Under the pieces are notes generated by a model, which ran no database searches, was not told the origin of the DNA, and saw only the letters and a list, made by a program, of their open reading frames with translations. A program made the translations under genes and the position numbers. 64,000 bases of DNA from an uncultured Gemmatimonadaceae bacterium. Its GTDB lineage: Bacteria; Gemmatimonadota; Gemmatimonadetes; Gemmatimonadales; GWC2-71-9. Location: the NCBI GenBank assembly GCA_964348295.1, contig CAYGBV010000061.1, forward strand, positions 23,694 to 87,693, given 5' to 3'. Shown piece after piece: positions 55,897-64,000 of this stretch. Each line of letters opens with the position of its first letter. Positions within the stretch are counted from its first letter, which is position 1.

Positions 55897-58231
55897 CCAG
55901 CCGCTCCTTTAGCGCTGTGAGCAATCCGTCCAGCGCCTCGTCGGCGTCCCGGTCTCGCAGGGTGCGGTCCGGCGCGCGGAAAACCAGCCGCCAGGCGACG
56001 CTCCGGCCCGCCATCTGCTCCCCGCGGTACTCGTCGAACACCCGTATCCCGACGAGCAACGACCCCCCGGCCTCGCGCATCGCATCCTGCACGTCCGCCG
56101 CCGTCACGCCCTCCGGCAACACTAGCGCCACGTCCCGCTCCACCGGAGGCGTGGTAGGCAGCGCCCCGTAGCGCACGTGCGGACGCTCCCGTACCACGAC
56201 GTCGATCTCAAACCCAAACAGCCGACCCGCCCAGGCCGGACGGTCCGCCGCTAAGGCACCGGCCCACCCGCGCCGCGCGCCGTCGCTCCCGCGCAGTTCC
56301 CAGCCGCCCCCCCCAGCGACGATCTGCCCCTCCGGCCCCGCCACGCGAGCGGCTTCCTCAAACATAGCCTTCACGTCCCACACGTCGTAGTCGGACGACT
56401 TCCCCTGCGCTGCCCAGTGTGGCGGCGTGCGCTCCCCCGAGATCACCGCGGCCAGGCGTTGCGTCTCGGCCGGACGCCCCTCCCCCGTGGCATGGAACAC
56501 CGTGCCCACCTCGAACAGCCGCACGTCGCGCTCGCGTGCCGCCCAGTTGCGCTCGGCGGACCGCACGAGACCACTCAGCAGGTCGGTGCGCAGATACGCA
56601 TCCTCTGCCGACAGCGGGTTGATCACTCGCCAGGCCTGCTCGCCGCTCGCGCTGGTGAGCGAGAGGGAGCGGGCTTCATGCAGACCCATTCCCGTCATGA
56701 CGCGACGGATCGCCGCCTTGAGGGGCTCGATGGGATCGTCGGGCACCACACTCGGCCGAAACGGGCGCAGCTCCGTCGGGAAGGTGTCGTACCCCTTGGC
56801 GCGCGCCACCTCTTCGATGAGGTCGATCTCGCGCGTTACGTCGGGTCGCCAGCCCGGCACCTGCACGTGCAGCCGCTTACCCTTGGGCGCTACCGGGAAT
56901 CCGAATCCGACGAGCAGGCGCTCGATTTCCTCCCGCTCGAGCGGTGTGCCCAGCAGGTGCTCGACCCGCTCCGGCCGGAGGACCACGGTGCGGGTCTTGA
57001 ACGGCTTGGGGTAAACGTCGACCGCCGCATCGCGCTCCTCGCCGCCGGCCACGGCACGGATGAGCTCCACCGCCCGGCGCACCGCGTCGGGCATGGCCTC
57101 GATGTCGGTCCCTCGCTCGAACCGGTACGACGCCTCGGTGCTCATCTTGAGCGCCTGGCGCGTGCGGCGGATGCGCGGTGGATCGAAGTACGCGCACTCC
57201 AGCAGCACGTCGGTCGTCACCTCCGAGACCTCGGAGTCGGCGCCGCCCATCACGCCGGCGATGGCAGTCGCGCCTTCGGCGTCGCAGATCATCGTCATCG
57301 CGGGGCTGAGCTCACGCTGTTCGCCATCCAGGGTGGTCAGCTGCTCCCCGGGCAGCGCGCGCCGTACGATGATCGCGCCGCCCCGGACTTTCTCCAGGTC
57401 GAAGGCGTGGAGCGGCTGGTTGAGCTCGTAGAGGACGTAGTTCGTGGCGTCCACCACGTTGTTGATGGGGCGCGCCCCGATGCTGCGGAGCCGCGCCTCC
57501 AGCCAGGTTGGCGAGGGACCAACCTGCACTCCGCGGATCACCGCGGCCATGTAGCGCGGGCACCCCTCCGCGTCCTCGATGATCACGTCGACGCCGTCCA
57601 CTCTGCCCTTCGTCTTGACACGCCGTGGCGCGCCGGCTCCGTCGGCCGGGGCGTCGGGAATCGCCGGCAGCTTCACAGGGATGCCGTACACGGCTCCCAG
57701 CTCGCGGGCGACCCCCTTGTGGCACAGGAGATCGGGCCTGTTGGGTGTTACTTCCAGATCGAGCCGGGTGTCCTCCAAGGGAAGCGTGTCCAGGAAGCGG
57801 GTGCCCGGCGCAGCCGTGGTACGGATCTCCATGATCCCCTCGTGCTCGGTGCCGAGCTCCAGCTCGCGTGCCGAGCAGAGCATCCCGTGCGACACGATGC
57901 CCCGGATCTTGCGGGCCTCGAGCTTGAAGCCGCCGGGCAGCACGGTCCCTTCGGGGGCGTACGGGTACTTGGCGCCCACCCGCACGTTGGGAGCACCGCA
58001 CACCACCTCCACCACCTCGCTCCCGTTGTTCACGTGACACAGCGTGAGCCGGTCGGCGTTGGGGTGCTTCGCCGCGCGCTCCACGAGCCCGACCACCACC
58101 CCATCCAACTGCGGCCGCACCTCTTCCTCCGCCTCGACCGGCGCCCCAAGCATGGCGAGACGGCTCGCCACGTCCGCGGCGTCCAGATCGCGGCCCAGCA
58201 GCGCCGAGAGCCAGTTGAGCGAAACGATCAC
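55874..58231 (-). CDS. pheT: phenylalanine--tRNA ligase beta subunit
   Basis: The GTG at 58231 gives VIVSLNWLSALLG... (canonical N-terminus), 2 nt after the pheS stop; 785 aa. Confidence 0.92.
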   Translation of the reverse strand: MIVSLNWLSALLGRDLDAADVASRLAMLGAPVEAEEEVRPQLDGVVVGLVERAAKHPNADRLTLCHVNNGSEVVEVVCGAPNVRVGAKYPYAPEGTVLPGGFKLEARKIRGIVSHGMLCSARELELGTEHEGIMEIRTTAAPGTRFLDTLPLEDTRLDLEVTPNRPDLLCHKGVARELGAVYGIPVKLPAIPDAPADGAGAPRRVKTKGRVDGVDVIIEDAEGCPRYMAAVIRGVQVGPSPTWLEARLRSIGARPINNVVDATNYVLYELNQPLHAFDLEKVRGGAIIVRRALPGEQLTTLDGEQRELSPAMTMICDAEGATAIAGVMGGADSEVSEVTTDVLLECAYFDPPRIRRTRQALKMSTEASYRFERGTDIEAMPDAVRRAVELIRAVAGGEERDAAVDVYPKPFKTRTVVLRPERVEHLLGTPLEREEIERLLVGFGFPVAPKGKRLHVQVPGWRPDVTREIDLIEEVARAKGYDTFPTELRPFRPSVVPDDPIEPLKAAIRRVMTGMGLHEARSLSLTSASGEQAWRVINPLSAEDAYLRTDLLSGLVRSAERNWAARERDVRLFEVGTVFHATGEGRPAETQRLAAVISGERTPPHWAAQGKSSDYDVWDVKAMFEEAARVAGPEGQIVAGGGGWELRGSDGARRGWAGALAADRPAWAGRLFGFEIDVVVRERPHVRYGALPTTPPVERDVALVLPEGVTAADVQDAMREAGGSLLVGIRVFDEYRGEQMAGRSVAWRLVFRAPDRTLRDRDADEALDGLLTALKERLGVERREA

Positions 58232-58233
58232 GG

Positions 58234-59262
58234 CTACTCCACGAACTGTGAGAGGAACCGCATGTCGTTCTCCCACAGCAACCGGATGTCGGGTACCCCG
58301 TGCCGCAGCATCGCGACGCGCTCCACCCCCATGCCGAACGCCCACCCGGTGTAGCGCTCGGCGTCGATGCCGCAGTTCTCGAACACGGCGGGGTGTACCA
58401 TCCCCGCACCCATGATCTCGAGCCAGCCCGTCTGCTTGCAGGTCGAGCAGCCGCTCCCCGCACACATCTGGCATTGCGCGTCCACTTCGGCCGACGGCTC
58501 GGTGAACGGGAAGAACGACGGACGGAAGCGCACGGCAGTGTCGCGCGTGAAGAACAGCTTCACGAACGTGTCGATCGCGGCCTTGAAATCCACGAAGCTC
58601 ACTCCCTCGTCGACCGCGAGCCCCTCGATCTGCTCGAACACCGGCGAGTGCGAGGGGTCGAACGAGTCACGCCGGTACACACGCCCGGGAACCACGATGC
58701 GGATCGGCGGCGAGTACTGCTCCATGACGCGTGCCTGCACCGGCGACGTGTGGGTGCGCAGCAGCGTCCCGGAAGCGAGGTAGAACGTGTCGTGCTCGTC
58801 CGCGGCCGGGTGGTCCAGCCCGATGTTGAGCTTGGTGAAGTTGTAGTCCTCGGTCTCGGCCTCGGGGCCCGTCACCCGCGTGAAGCCGAGCTCGCGGAAG
58901 ATCTCGCAGATCTCGTCGACCACGGCGGTCACCGGATGCACCGCCCCGCGCCACACGGCACGGCCGGGCATCGTCCAGTCGAGGGCCTTGGGCGCGCGGG
59001 CTTCCTCCTCGAGGGCCCGCTCCCGCGCCGCGATGGCCTCCTCGAGCTGCCTCTTGAGCTGATTGGCGCGGGCACCGACGGCACGGCGCTCTTCGGTGGG
59101 CAGCGCGGCCAGCGAGCGGAGGATGAGGGTAAGCCTCCCGGCCTTGCGGCCGAGGAACTCGGTCTTGAGCTGAGCCAGGGCCGCCGCGTCCACTGTCGAG
59201 GCACGGTCGACGGCGAGGGCGACGGCTTCGAGCTGTTCCTGAGGGGTGGAGGAGTTTGGCAT
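58234..59262 (-). CDS. pheS: phenylalanine--tRNA ligase alpha subunit
   Basis: Class II motifs (FRPSFFPFTEPSAEVD, GAGMVHP) and GWAFGMGVERVAMLRHG; ATG at 59262. Confidence 0.93.
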   Translation of the reverse strand: MPNSSTPQEQLEAVALAVDRASTVDAAALAQLKTEFLGRKAGRLTLILRSLAALPTEERRAVGARANQLKRQLEEAIAARERALEEEARAPKALDWTMPGRAVWRGAVHPVTAVVDEICEIFRELGFTRVTGPEAETEDYNFTKLNIGLDHPAADEHDTFYLASGTLLRTHTSPVQARVMEQYSPPIRIVVPGRVYRRDSFDPSHSPVFEQIEGLAVDEGVSFVDFKAAIDTFVKLFFTRDTAVRFRPSFFPFTEPSAEVDAQCQMCAGSGCSTCKQTGWLEIMGAGMVHPAVFENCGIDAERYTGWAFGMGVERVAMLRHGVPDIRLLWENDMRFLSQFVE

Positions 59263-59276
59263 CGACGGCCCGTCCC

Positions 59277-59630
59277 CTAGAGACTCTTCTTCGCCACCTC
59301 CGCCAGTTCGCCGAACGCGGCCGGATCCCGCACGGCCAGGTCCGCCAGCACCTTCCGGTTGATCTCCACCCCGGCCTTCTTCAGGCCGGACATGAAGCGG
59401 CTGTAGGACAGGTCGTGCGTGCGCGCCGCGGCGTTGATCCGAACGATCCACAGCCTGCGGAAGTCCCGCTTCTTCTGCCGCCGGTCGCGGTACGCATAGC
59501 GCAGCCCGCGCTCGACGTTCTCCTTGGCCGACTTGTACAGTTTGCTGCGCCCGCCGCGCGCGCCTTTCGCGGCGCGCATGATCTTCTTCTTGCGCTTGAG
59601 ACGGGCGACGTTACTCCGAACTCTCGGCAT
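59277..59630 (-). CDS. rplT: 50S ribosomal protein L20
   Basis: [37 protein letters not shown]... Confidence 0.95.
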   Translation of the reverse strand: MPRVRSNVARLKRKKKIMRAAKGARGGRSKLYKSAKENVERGLRYAYRDRRQKKRDFRRLWIVRINAAARTHDLSYSRFMSGLKKAGVEINRKVLADLAVRDPAAFGELAEVAKKSL

Positions 59631-59639
59631 CGCTCTCTC

Positions 59640-59834
59640 CTATCCTTGCAGCAGGCGCTTGATGCGACGTGCTTCCTGGCTCGAGACCACCGCAGCCTGG
59701 CGCAGGCGCCGCTTCCGCTTGGGGTGCTTCTTCGTGAGGATGTGACTCTTGAACGCCCGGCGCCGCTTCACCTTGCCTCTTCCGGTGAGCTTGAACCGCT
59801 TCGCGGCGCCGCGTTTCGACTTCATCTTAGGCAT
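59640..59834 (-). CDS. rpmI: 50S ribosomal protein L35
   Basis: [36 protein letters not shown]. Confidence 0.95.
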   Translation of the reverse strand: MPKMKSKRGAAKRFKLTGRGKVKRRRAFKSHILTKKHPKRKRRLRQAAVVSSQEARRIKRLLQG

Positions 59835-59980
59835 TGTGCTTCCGTCCTGATATCCGTCCGTTACCGGAGGGGTGAGGCCGCTCTACCCTGTACCACTCCG
59901 CTGGGCTCCAGCCGCCACGCCACCCGGCGGGTCGGCGGTCGTCGTTCTCTGAGACTCTGGTCCTGCTTTCGAGGTGCCGT

Positions 59981-60502
59981 CTACTTCGGCGCGAGCACCA
60001 TGATCATGTTGCGGCCTTCCAGCTTCGGCGCCGCCTCGATCTTGGCGACGTCCTCGACGGCCGCGTAGACCCGGTCGAGCACGTCCTGTCCCAGCTCGGG
60101 ATGCGTTACCTGCCGGCCGCGGAACATCATGGTGAGCTTCACCTTGTTTCCCTCTTCCAAGAAGCTCCGCGCGTGCCGGGTCTTGAACTCGAAGTCGTGC
60201 TCGCTGATCCCAGGCCGGTACTTCACCTCTTTGACCTGAATGTTGTGCTGCTTCTTTCTCGCTGCCCGGGCCGCCTTCGCCTGCTCGAAGCGATACTTCC
60301 CGTAGTCCATGATCTTGACCACGGGTGGGCGGGCCGTAGCCGCCACCTCGACGAGGTCGAGCCCGGCTTCGCGGGCTGCCCTCTGTGCTTCCTCGATGGG
60401 GACCACACCTACCTGCTCCCCATCGGCTCCGATCAGCCGCACCGGGCTGATCCGGATCTGATGATTGACCCGTACCTTCGGTCTATCGTCTTGCGAGGCC
60501 AG
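59981..60502 (-). CDS. infC: translation initiation factor IF-3
   Basis: IRISPVRLIGADGEQVGVV and PPVVKIMDYGKYRFEQ blocks. No ATG/GTG/TTG lies at the expected N-terminus. The GAAGGAGG SD is followed 7 nt later by CTG (60502), giving 173 aa. Confidence 0.85.
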   Translation of the reverse strand: MASQDDRPKVRVNHQIRISPVRLIGADGEQVGVVPIEEAQRAAREAGLDLVEVAATARPPVVKIMDYGKYRFEQAKAARAARKKQHNIQVKEVKYRPGISEHDFEFKTRHARSFLEEGNKVKLTMMFRGRQVTHPELGQDVLDRVYAAVEDVAKIEAAPKLEGRNMIMVLAPK

Positions 60503-60692
60503 TGACGCTCCTCCTTCGCTTGAGTCCAACAAAAAAGCGGATCCGAGCCCTCCAGATCCGCACGATACCGGAGACACTGCCGCTCCCGGTACTCTCGTGG
60601 GAACCCTGAACACGCGCTCGGTTCGAGACCGGCGGCAGGAGGGTGAAGCGCTCGGGCGCTTACTTACCGTATTGTGACGGCGGAACTTACGC

Positions 60693-61643
60693 CTACCTCG
60701 GGGGAGTGTCAAGCGGCTGGTAGCCGTACGATTTCCCCTGCCGGACCACCCGGCCCAGTCCACGCTCGGCGTCGTGCTCGAACACCAGCACCCAGCCTTC
60801 GGCCGCCGCCCGTCCGAGGATCTCCCGCTTGGTCTCGAGGGTCACCAGCGGCTCCAAGTCGTAGCCCATGATCCAGGGCAGTGGCAGGTGCGCCGCGGTG
60901 GGCACCAGATCGCCCAGGAAACAGGCCGTCTCGCCGGCGCTCCGCACGAGGACCGACTGGTGCCCTGGGACGTGTCCCGGGGTGGGCACCAGCTGGATCC
61001 CGGGGAGCAACTCCGTCTCACCCCGGAGGGTCTGCCACCGGCCGGCCTGCGAGATCGGATCGAAGTTGGGCGGCAGATAGCTCGCCGCGACGCGCTCGTT
61101 GCGCTGCCCGGCAAACTCCAGCTCGCGCTCCTGCACCACGTAGGTAGCGTTGGGAAAGGCGATCAGCGCTTGCGGCTCGCTCGGTTCCCGCTTCCCGCTC
61201 CCCACTCCCCTACCGACCAACCGGTCCCCGTTTCCCGTTTCCCGTTCCCCCTCCACATACGTATTCCCCCCCGCGTGGTCGAAGTGCAGGTGCGTGTTGA
61301 TCACGTAGCGGATGTCCTCGACGGTGAGGCCCGCTTCTGCCAGCGCGTCGTCGAGCCGCGTCCGCCCGCGCCGCCCTTCGTTCTCGACCCCATAGATGTC
61401 GAGGAACTTCCCCGACTCCTTGTTGCCGAGCCCCGTATCGACCAGCACCGGACCCACGTCGTGCTCGATCAGGAGACAGCGCATCCTGAGCGCGATGCGG
61501 TTGCGCTCATCGGGAGGGAGCCGCTTCTCCCACAGCGGCTTGGGAACGACGCCGAACATGGCGCCCCCGTCCAGCCGCTGCAGCCCGGCGTCGAGGGTGT
61601 GGCACTTGAGGCTTCCGATCCGAAACGTGGTTACCAGGCTCAT
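60693..61643 (-). CDS. MBL-fold metallo-hydrolase (lactonase-like) carrying an in-frame repeat insertion
   Basis: INTHLHFDHAGGNT zinc motif, later TPGHVPGH. A ~25-codon Gly/Arg/Glu-rich insert (EGERETGNGDRLVGRGVGSGKREPS) is encoded by the GGGAAnC element. Confidence 0.85.
   Translation of the reverse strand: MSLVTTFRIGSLKCHTLDAGLQRLDGGAMFGVVPKPLWEKRLPPDERNRIALRMRCLLIEHDVGPVLVDTGLGNKESGKFLDIYGVENEGRRGRTRLDDALAEAGLTVEDIRYVINTHLHFDHAGGNTYVEGERETGNGDRLVGRGVGSGKREPSEPQALIAFPNATYVVQERELEFAGQRNERVAASYLPPNFDPISQAGRWQTLRGETELLPGIQLVPTPGHVPGHQSVLVRSAGETACFLGDLVPTAAHLPLPWIMGYDLEPLVTLETKREILGRAAAEGWVLVFEHDAERGLGRVVRQGKSYGYQPLDTPPR
61180..61254 (-). repeat. GGGAAnC heptamer-rich element, intragenic copy
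   Basis: The minus strand reads GAGGGGGAACGGGAAACGGGAAACGGGGACCGGTTGGTCGGTAGGGGAGTGGGGAGCGGGAAGCGGGAACCGAG. Collinear with 50367..50444. Confidence 0.75.
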
Positions 61644-62446
61644 AGCTGTTCCATCGACGTGGGAAGGGCGCTCTTCTTGCGGCGCTTGCGGCGCCCCAGG
61701 CGCTGGAGGTCAGACAGGGTAACGGCACCCTGCTCCTCCGCGCGCGCCAGCAGGTGCTTCAAGATGTGGGCCGTCGCCAGGGCGTCGCCCCGGGCGCGGT
61801 GGCGCTCGGCGATCTCGATCCCCAGATACGCAGCCACGCTGTCCAGGCCCCTCGAGCGGAGCTCCGGCAGCAGGCGGCGGGCCAGCCGGACGGTGCAGAC
61901 GCGCGGGCCCTCCAGGTCGAGGTCCCGGGTGCGCCGCACCTCGCTGGCGAGGAACCCCCAGTCGAACGGGGCGTTGTGGGCCACGAACACGCGTCCCGCC
62001 AGGGACGCCAGCACGTCATCGGCAATCTGCTCGAACGTCGGCTTGTCCTGCACCATCTCGTTCGTGATGCGGGTGAGAGACTGCACGAAACTCGGAATCG
62101 GCCGCTGCGGATTGACCAGCGTCTCGTAGGCAACCTCCACGTTTCCCCCCGAGAGCGTCACCACGGCCAACTCGGTCACTCGGTCGCCTTTGCTGGGGCG
62201 CGTGCCCGTCGTCTCCACGTCCACCACGGCAAACGTGCAGGATCCGAGCCTCGGTGCCCCGTCGGCGTGCGCCGCGAGCGCCCAGCGGCCGTCGTGCATC
62301 TGACGCACGCGGGGGTCGGAGCCCAGCAGGGCCACGGCCACCCGATCGGCGATGGCCCGGGTGGCGCGCGCCAATCCCAGGACCTCGCGGGCCAGCGTGA
62401 GGCTGTCGGCGGCACCGTGCTTGAGGCGCCGCAATGCGCGATCCAC
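61640..62446 (-). CDS. DEDDh 3'-5' exonuclease (DNA polymerase III epsilon-like)
   Basis: FAVVDVETTG (Exo I), VAHNAPFDWGFL (Exo II), HRARGDA (Exo III). Start uncertain (GTG 62446 proposed; the ORF is open to 62734). Confidence 0.8.
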   Translation of the reverse strand: MDRALRRLKHGAADSLTLAREVLGLARATRAIADRVAVALLGSDPRVRQMHDGRWALAAHADGAPRLGSCTFAVVDVETTGTRPSKGDRVTELAVVTLSGGNVEVAYETLVNPQRPIPSFVQSLTRITNEMVQDKPTFEQIADDVLASLAGRVFVAHNAPFDWGFLASEVRRTRDLDLEGPRVCTVRLARRLLPELRSRGLDSVAAYLGIEIAERHRARGDALATAHILKHLLARAEEQGAVTLSDLQRLGRRKRRKKSALPTSMEQL

Positions 62447-62484
62447 TAGGGTGCCGCGCGGGGCAGCCCGGATCCCTTGCGTTC

Positions 62485-63717
62485 TCAGGGTTCGTCCCTC
62501 CGCAGCGGCATCGTCATGCACCGGGGCCCGCCCCCACCACGCACCAGCTCCGCCCCCTCGATGGTGATCACCGCACGATCGTCGTCCCACAGCTTGGCGT
62601 CGTCGTCGAGCAATGCGTCGGCGTCGATGAGCCGGAACCCGGCGCCCTCGAACTCCCTCAGGGTAGCTTCGTTGCGCTTGTAACCGACGGCCACGCCGGG
62701 CCTGAGCGCCACCAGGTTGCATCCCGAGCCCCACTGCTCGCGCTCCTGCACCGCCCGGTGCCCCCCGCCACAGAGAATCGGCTCGAGCAGGAAGTCCACA
62801 GCCTCCAGGGCCGAGAAGAAATCAGCCATCTCGCGCACGCCCTGCTGCCCCTTGCGACGGTGCAGCACGCCGAGCCGCTCGGGACCGATGAAGTAGGGCG
62901 GGTAGACCACGCCCAGTTCCCGGTCCACCTGCGTGAAGATCATGTCGAGGTGGATCGCGACGTGCTCACCGGGCATAACCACCACCACGACGTCCGTGAC
63001 GGGGGTGCGCTCGAACAGGATGTCGCACAGATGATCGAGCGCCGCCGAACTCGAGCGAGAGCTGAACCCCAGCAGCACGAGATCGGGGCGCACTGGATGC
63101 ACGTCCCCGCCCTCCAGCGTGTAGGTCACGCGCCGCTCCGCCGTGCCGTCGTACAGGATTCCGGCGTTCTCCAGGGCCGGATGGTAGGCGAGCAGCGCCT
63201 TGATGAGCAGCTCCTCGCTCCACCTCGCGCCATGGCGCATCGAGCCGATGACCACGTGGTCTCCCACCACGATCCCGATGTCCCGCGTGAAGAATAGGTT
63301 GGGGACGGGCGGCAGCGTATAGGTGACCTCGTTGACCGCCCGCGCGATGGCACCGCCCTCCTCCTCCGCTCCCTCGATCAGGAGCCTGACGAGCTCCGCG
63401 CTGGAGAGATCGCCGAGGCGACGCGCCAGGGCGTCGGACGGCACGATGTCCATCGTGCAAGCGACGAGGTAGTCCCGCACGTCCTGTCGCTCCAGCACCT
63501 CGCGCAGCAGATCGCTCACCTCGTAGACCTCGGCGAACCGCCGCAGCACCGCGACCAGACGACGGTGCTCCTGGCGTGCGAACTCGATGTCGATGATGTC
63601 GTCGTACAGGTAGTCGCGGCGGGTACCCGGGGTGACGGCCCTGAGCTCCTCGCCCGGGGCATGTACCAAGACGGCCCGCAACGGGCCGATCTCGCTGGTC
63701 ACGTGCACCGGGCTCAT
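62485..63717 (-). CDS. arcA: arginine deiminase
   Basis: VTSEIGPLRAVLVHAPGEEL N-terminal block and the catalytic-Cys C-terminus GGGGPRCMTMPL. ATG at 63717; a TTG at 63726 is possible. Confidence 0.85.
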   Translation of the reverse strand: MSPVHVTSEIGPLRAVLVHAPGEELRAVTPGTRRDYLYDDIIDIEFARQEHRRLVAVLRRFAEVYEVSDLLREVLERQDVRDYLVACTMDIVPSDALARRLGDLSSAELVRLLIEGAEEEGGAIARAVNEVTYTLPPVPNLFFTRDIGIVVGDHVVIGSMRHGARWSEELLIKALLAYHPALENAGILYDGTAERRVTYTLEGGDVHPVRPDLVLLGFSSRSSSAALDHLCDILFERTPVTDVVVVVMPGEHVAIHLDMIFTQVDRELGVVYPPYFIGPERLGVLHRRKGQQGVREMADFFSALEAVDFLLEPILCGGGHRAVQEREQWGSGCNLVALRPGVAVGYKRNEATLREFEGAGFRLIDADALLDDDAKLWDDDRAVITIEGAELVRGGGGPRCMTMPLRRDEP

Positions 63718-63750
63718 GTCGCGCAATCTACCGGGGTCGTGCCGTCCCGC

Positions 63751-64000
63751 TCAACGCCCCAACTCGCTGAACAGCCGGGCAATCGTCACCGGAGGGAGCG
63801 TCTCACAACGAGCCGTCCCGTCGATCTCCAACTCTGCCAGCTGGGCTTCTATAGCGGCGCGGTCGCGCCGCGTAACGTCGCGCAGCACGCCCACCAGCTG
63901 CTTGCGGCGCCGTCCGAACAGGGCCGTCACGAACCGGCGGAACGCGGGCTGGTCGGCCACGGCCACCAAGGGCCGCTCCAACGGCGTGAGCCGTACCACC
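63751..64000 (-). CDS. rsmA: 16S rRNA (adenine1518/1519-N6)-dimethyltransferase, C-terminal part (gene runs off the window)
   Basis: C-terminal helical domain pattern FRRFVTALFGRRRKQL...; the ORF is open at the window edge. Confidence 0.7.
   Translation of the reverse strand, partial: VVRLTPLERPLVAVADQPAFRRFVTALFGRRRKQLVGVLRDVTRRDRAAIEAQLAELEIDGTARCETLPPVTIARLFSELGR

Overview
High-G+C bacterial chromosome segment. The gene content, for example Hanks kinase-TolB fusions, hints at a Gemmatimonadota-like organism, but that is inference only. Most of the window is conserved housekeeping DNA. It lies almost entirely on the minus strand and is tightly packed, with many ATGA/GTGA stop-start overlaps. 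The main gene runs are: pnp-rpsO; rseP-dxr-cdsA-frr-pyrH-tsf-rpsB (no uppS between frr and cdsA); rpsI-rplM; an acyl-CoA carboxylase set (carboxyltransferase, biotin carboxylase, BCCP-like) with an RlmD-like RNA methyltransferase wedged inside it; rpsA-cmk-aroA-tyrA; a few membrane, redox and signalling genes; a ClC channel; a FadL / SGNH-lipase / OMP trio; and recN-nadK-dxs-ispA-xseB-xseA-folD-rny-zapA-pheT-pheS-rplT-rpmI-infC. The window ends with an MBL hydrolase, a DEDDh exonuclease, arginine deiminase and the 3' end of rsmA.

The only clearly accessory DNA is about 29.15-38.87 kb, a decayed integrative island at tRNA-Leu(UAA). It is bounded by 149-bp direct repeats that start in the tRNA anticodon loop. 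It contains a 5'-truncated tyrosine integrase, a kinase-TolB gene, several small exported proteins, a low-G+C two-gene cassette, a pentapeptide-repeat gene split by one in-frame TAG, and several families of short repeats.

I found no recognisable defence system, CRISPR array, toxin-antitoxin family or reverse transcriptase. The signals most worth a second look are:
- ten exactly phased 21-bp palindromic units at 29553..29762, which look like iterons or a partition centromere;
- a ~196-bp control module duplicated upstream of two unrelated exported-protein genes;
- a G-rich GGGAAnC heptamer element present once in the ispA-dxs spacer and once in frame inside the MBL hydrolase gene;
- the low-G+C overlapping two-gene cassette at 34307..34814.

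All functional calls rest on motif recognition by eye. No searches were run.
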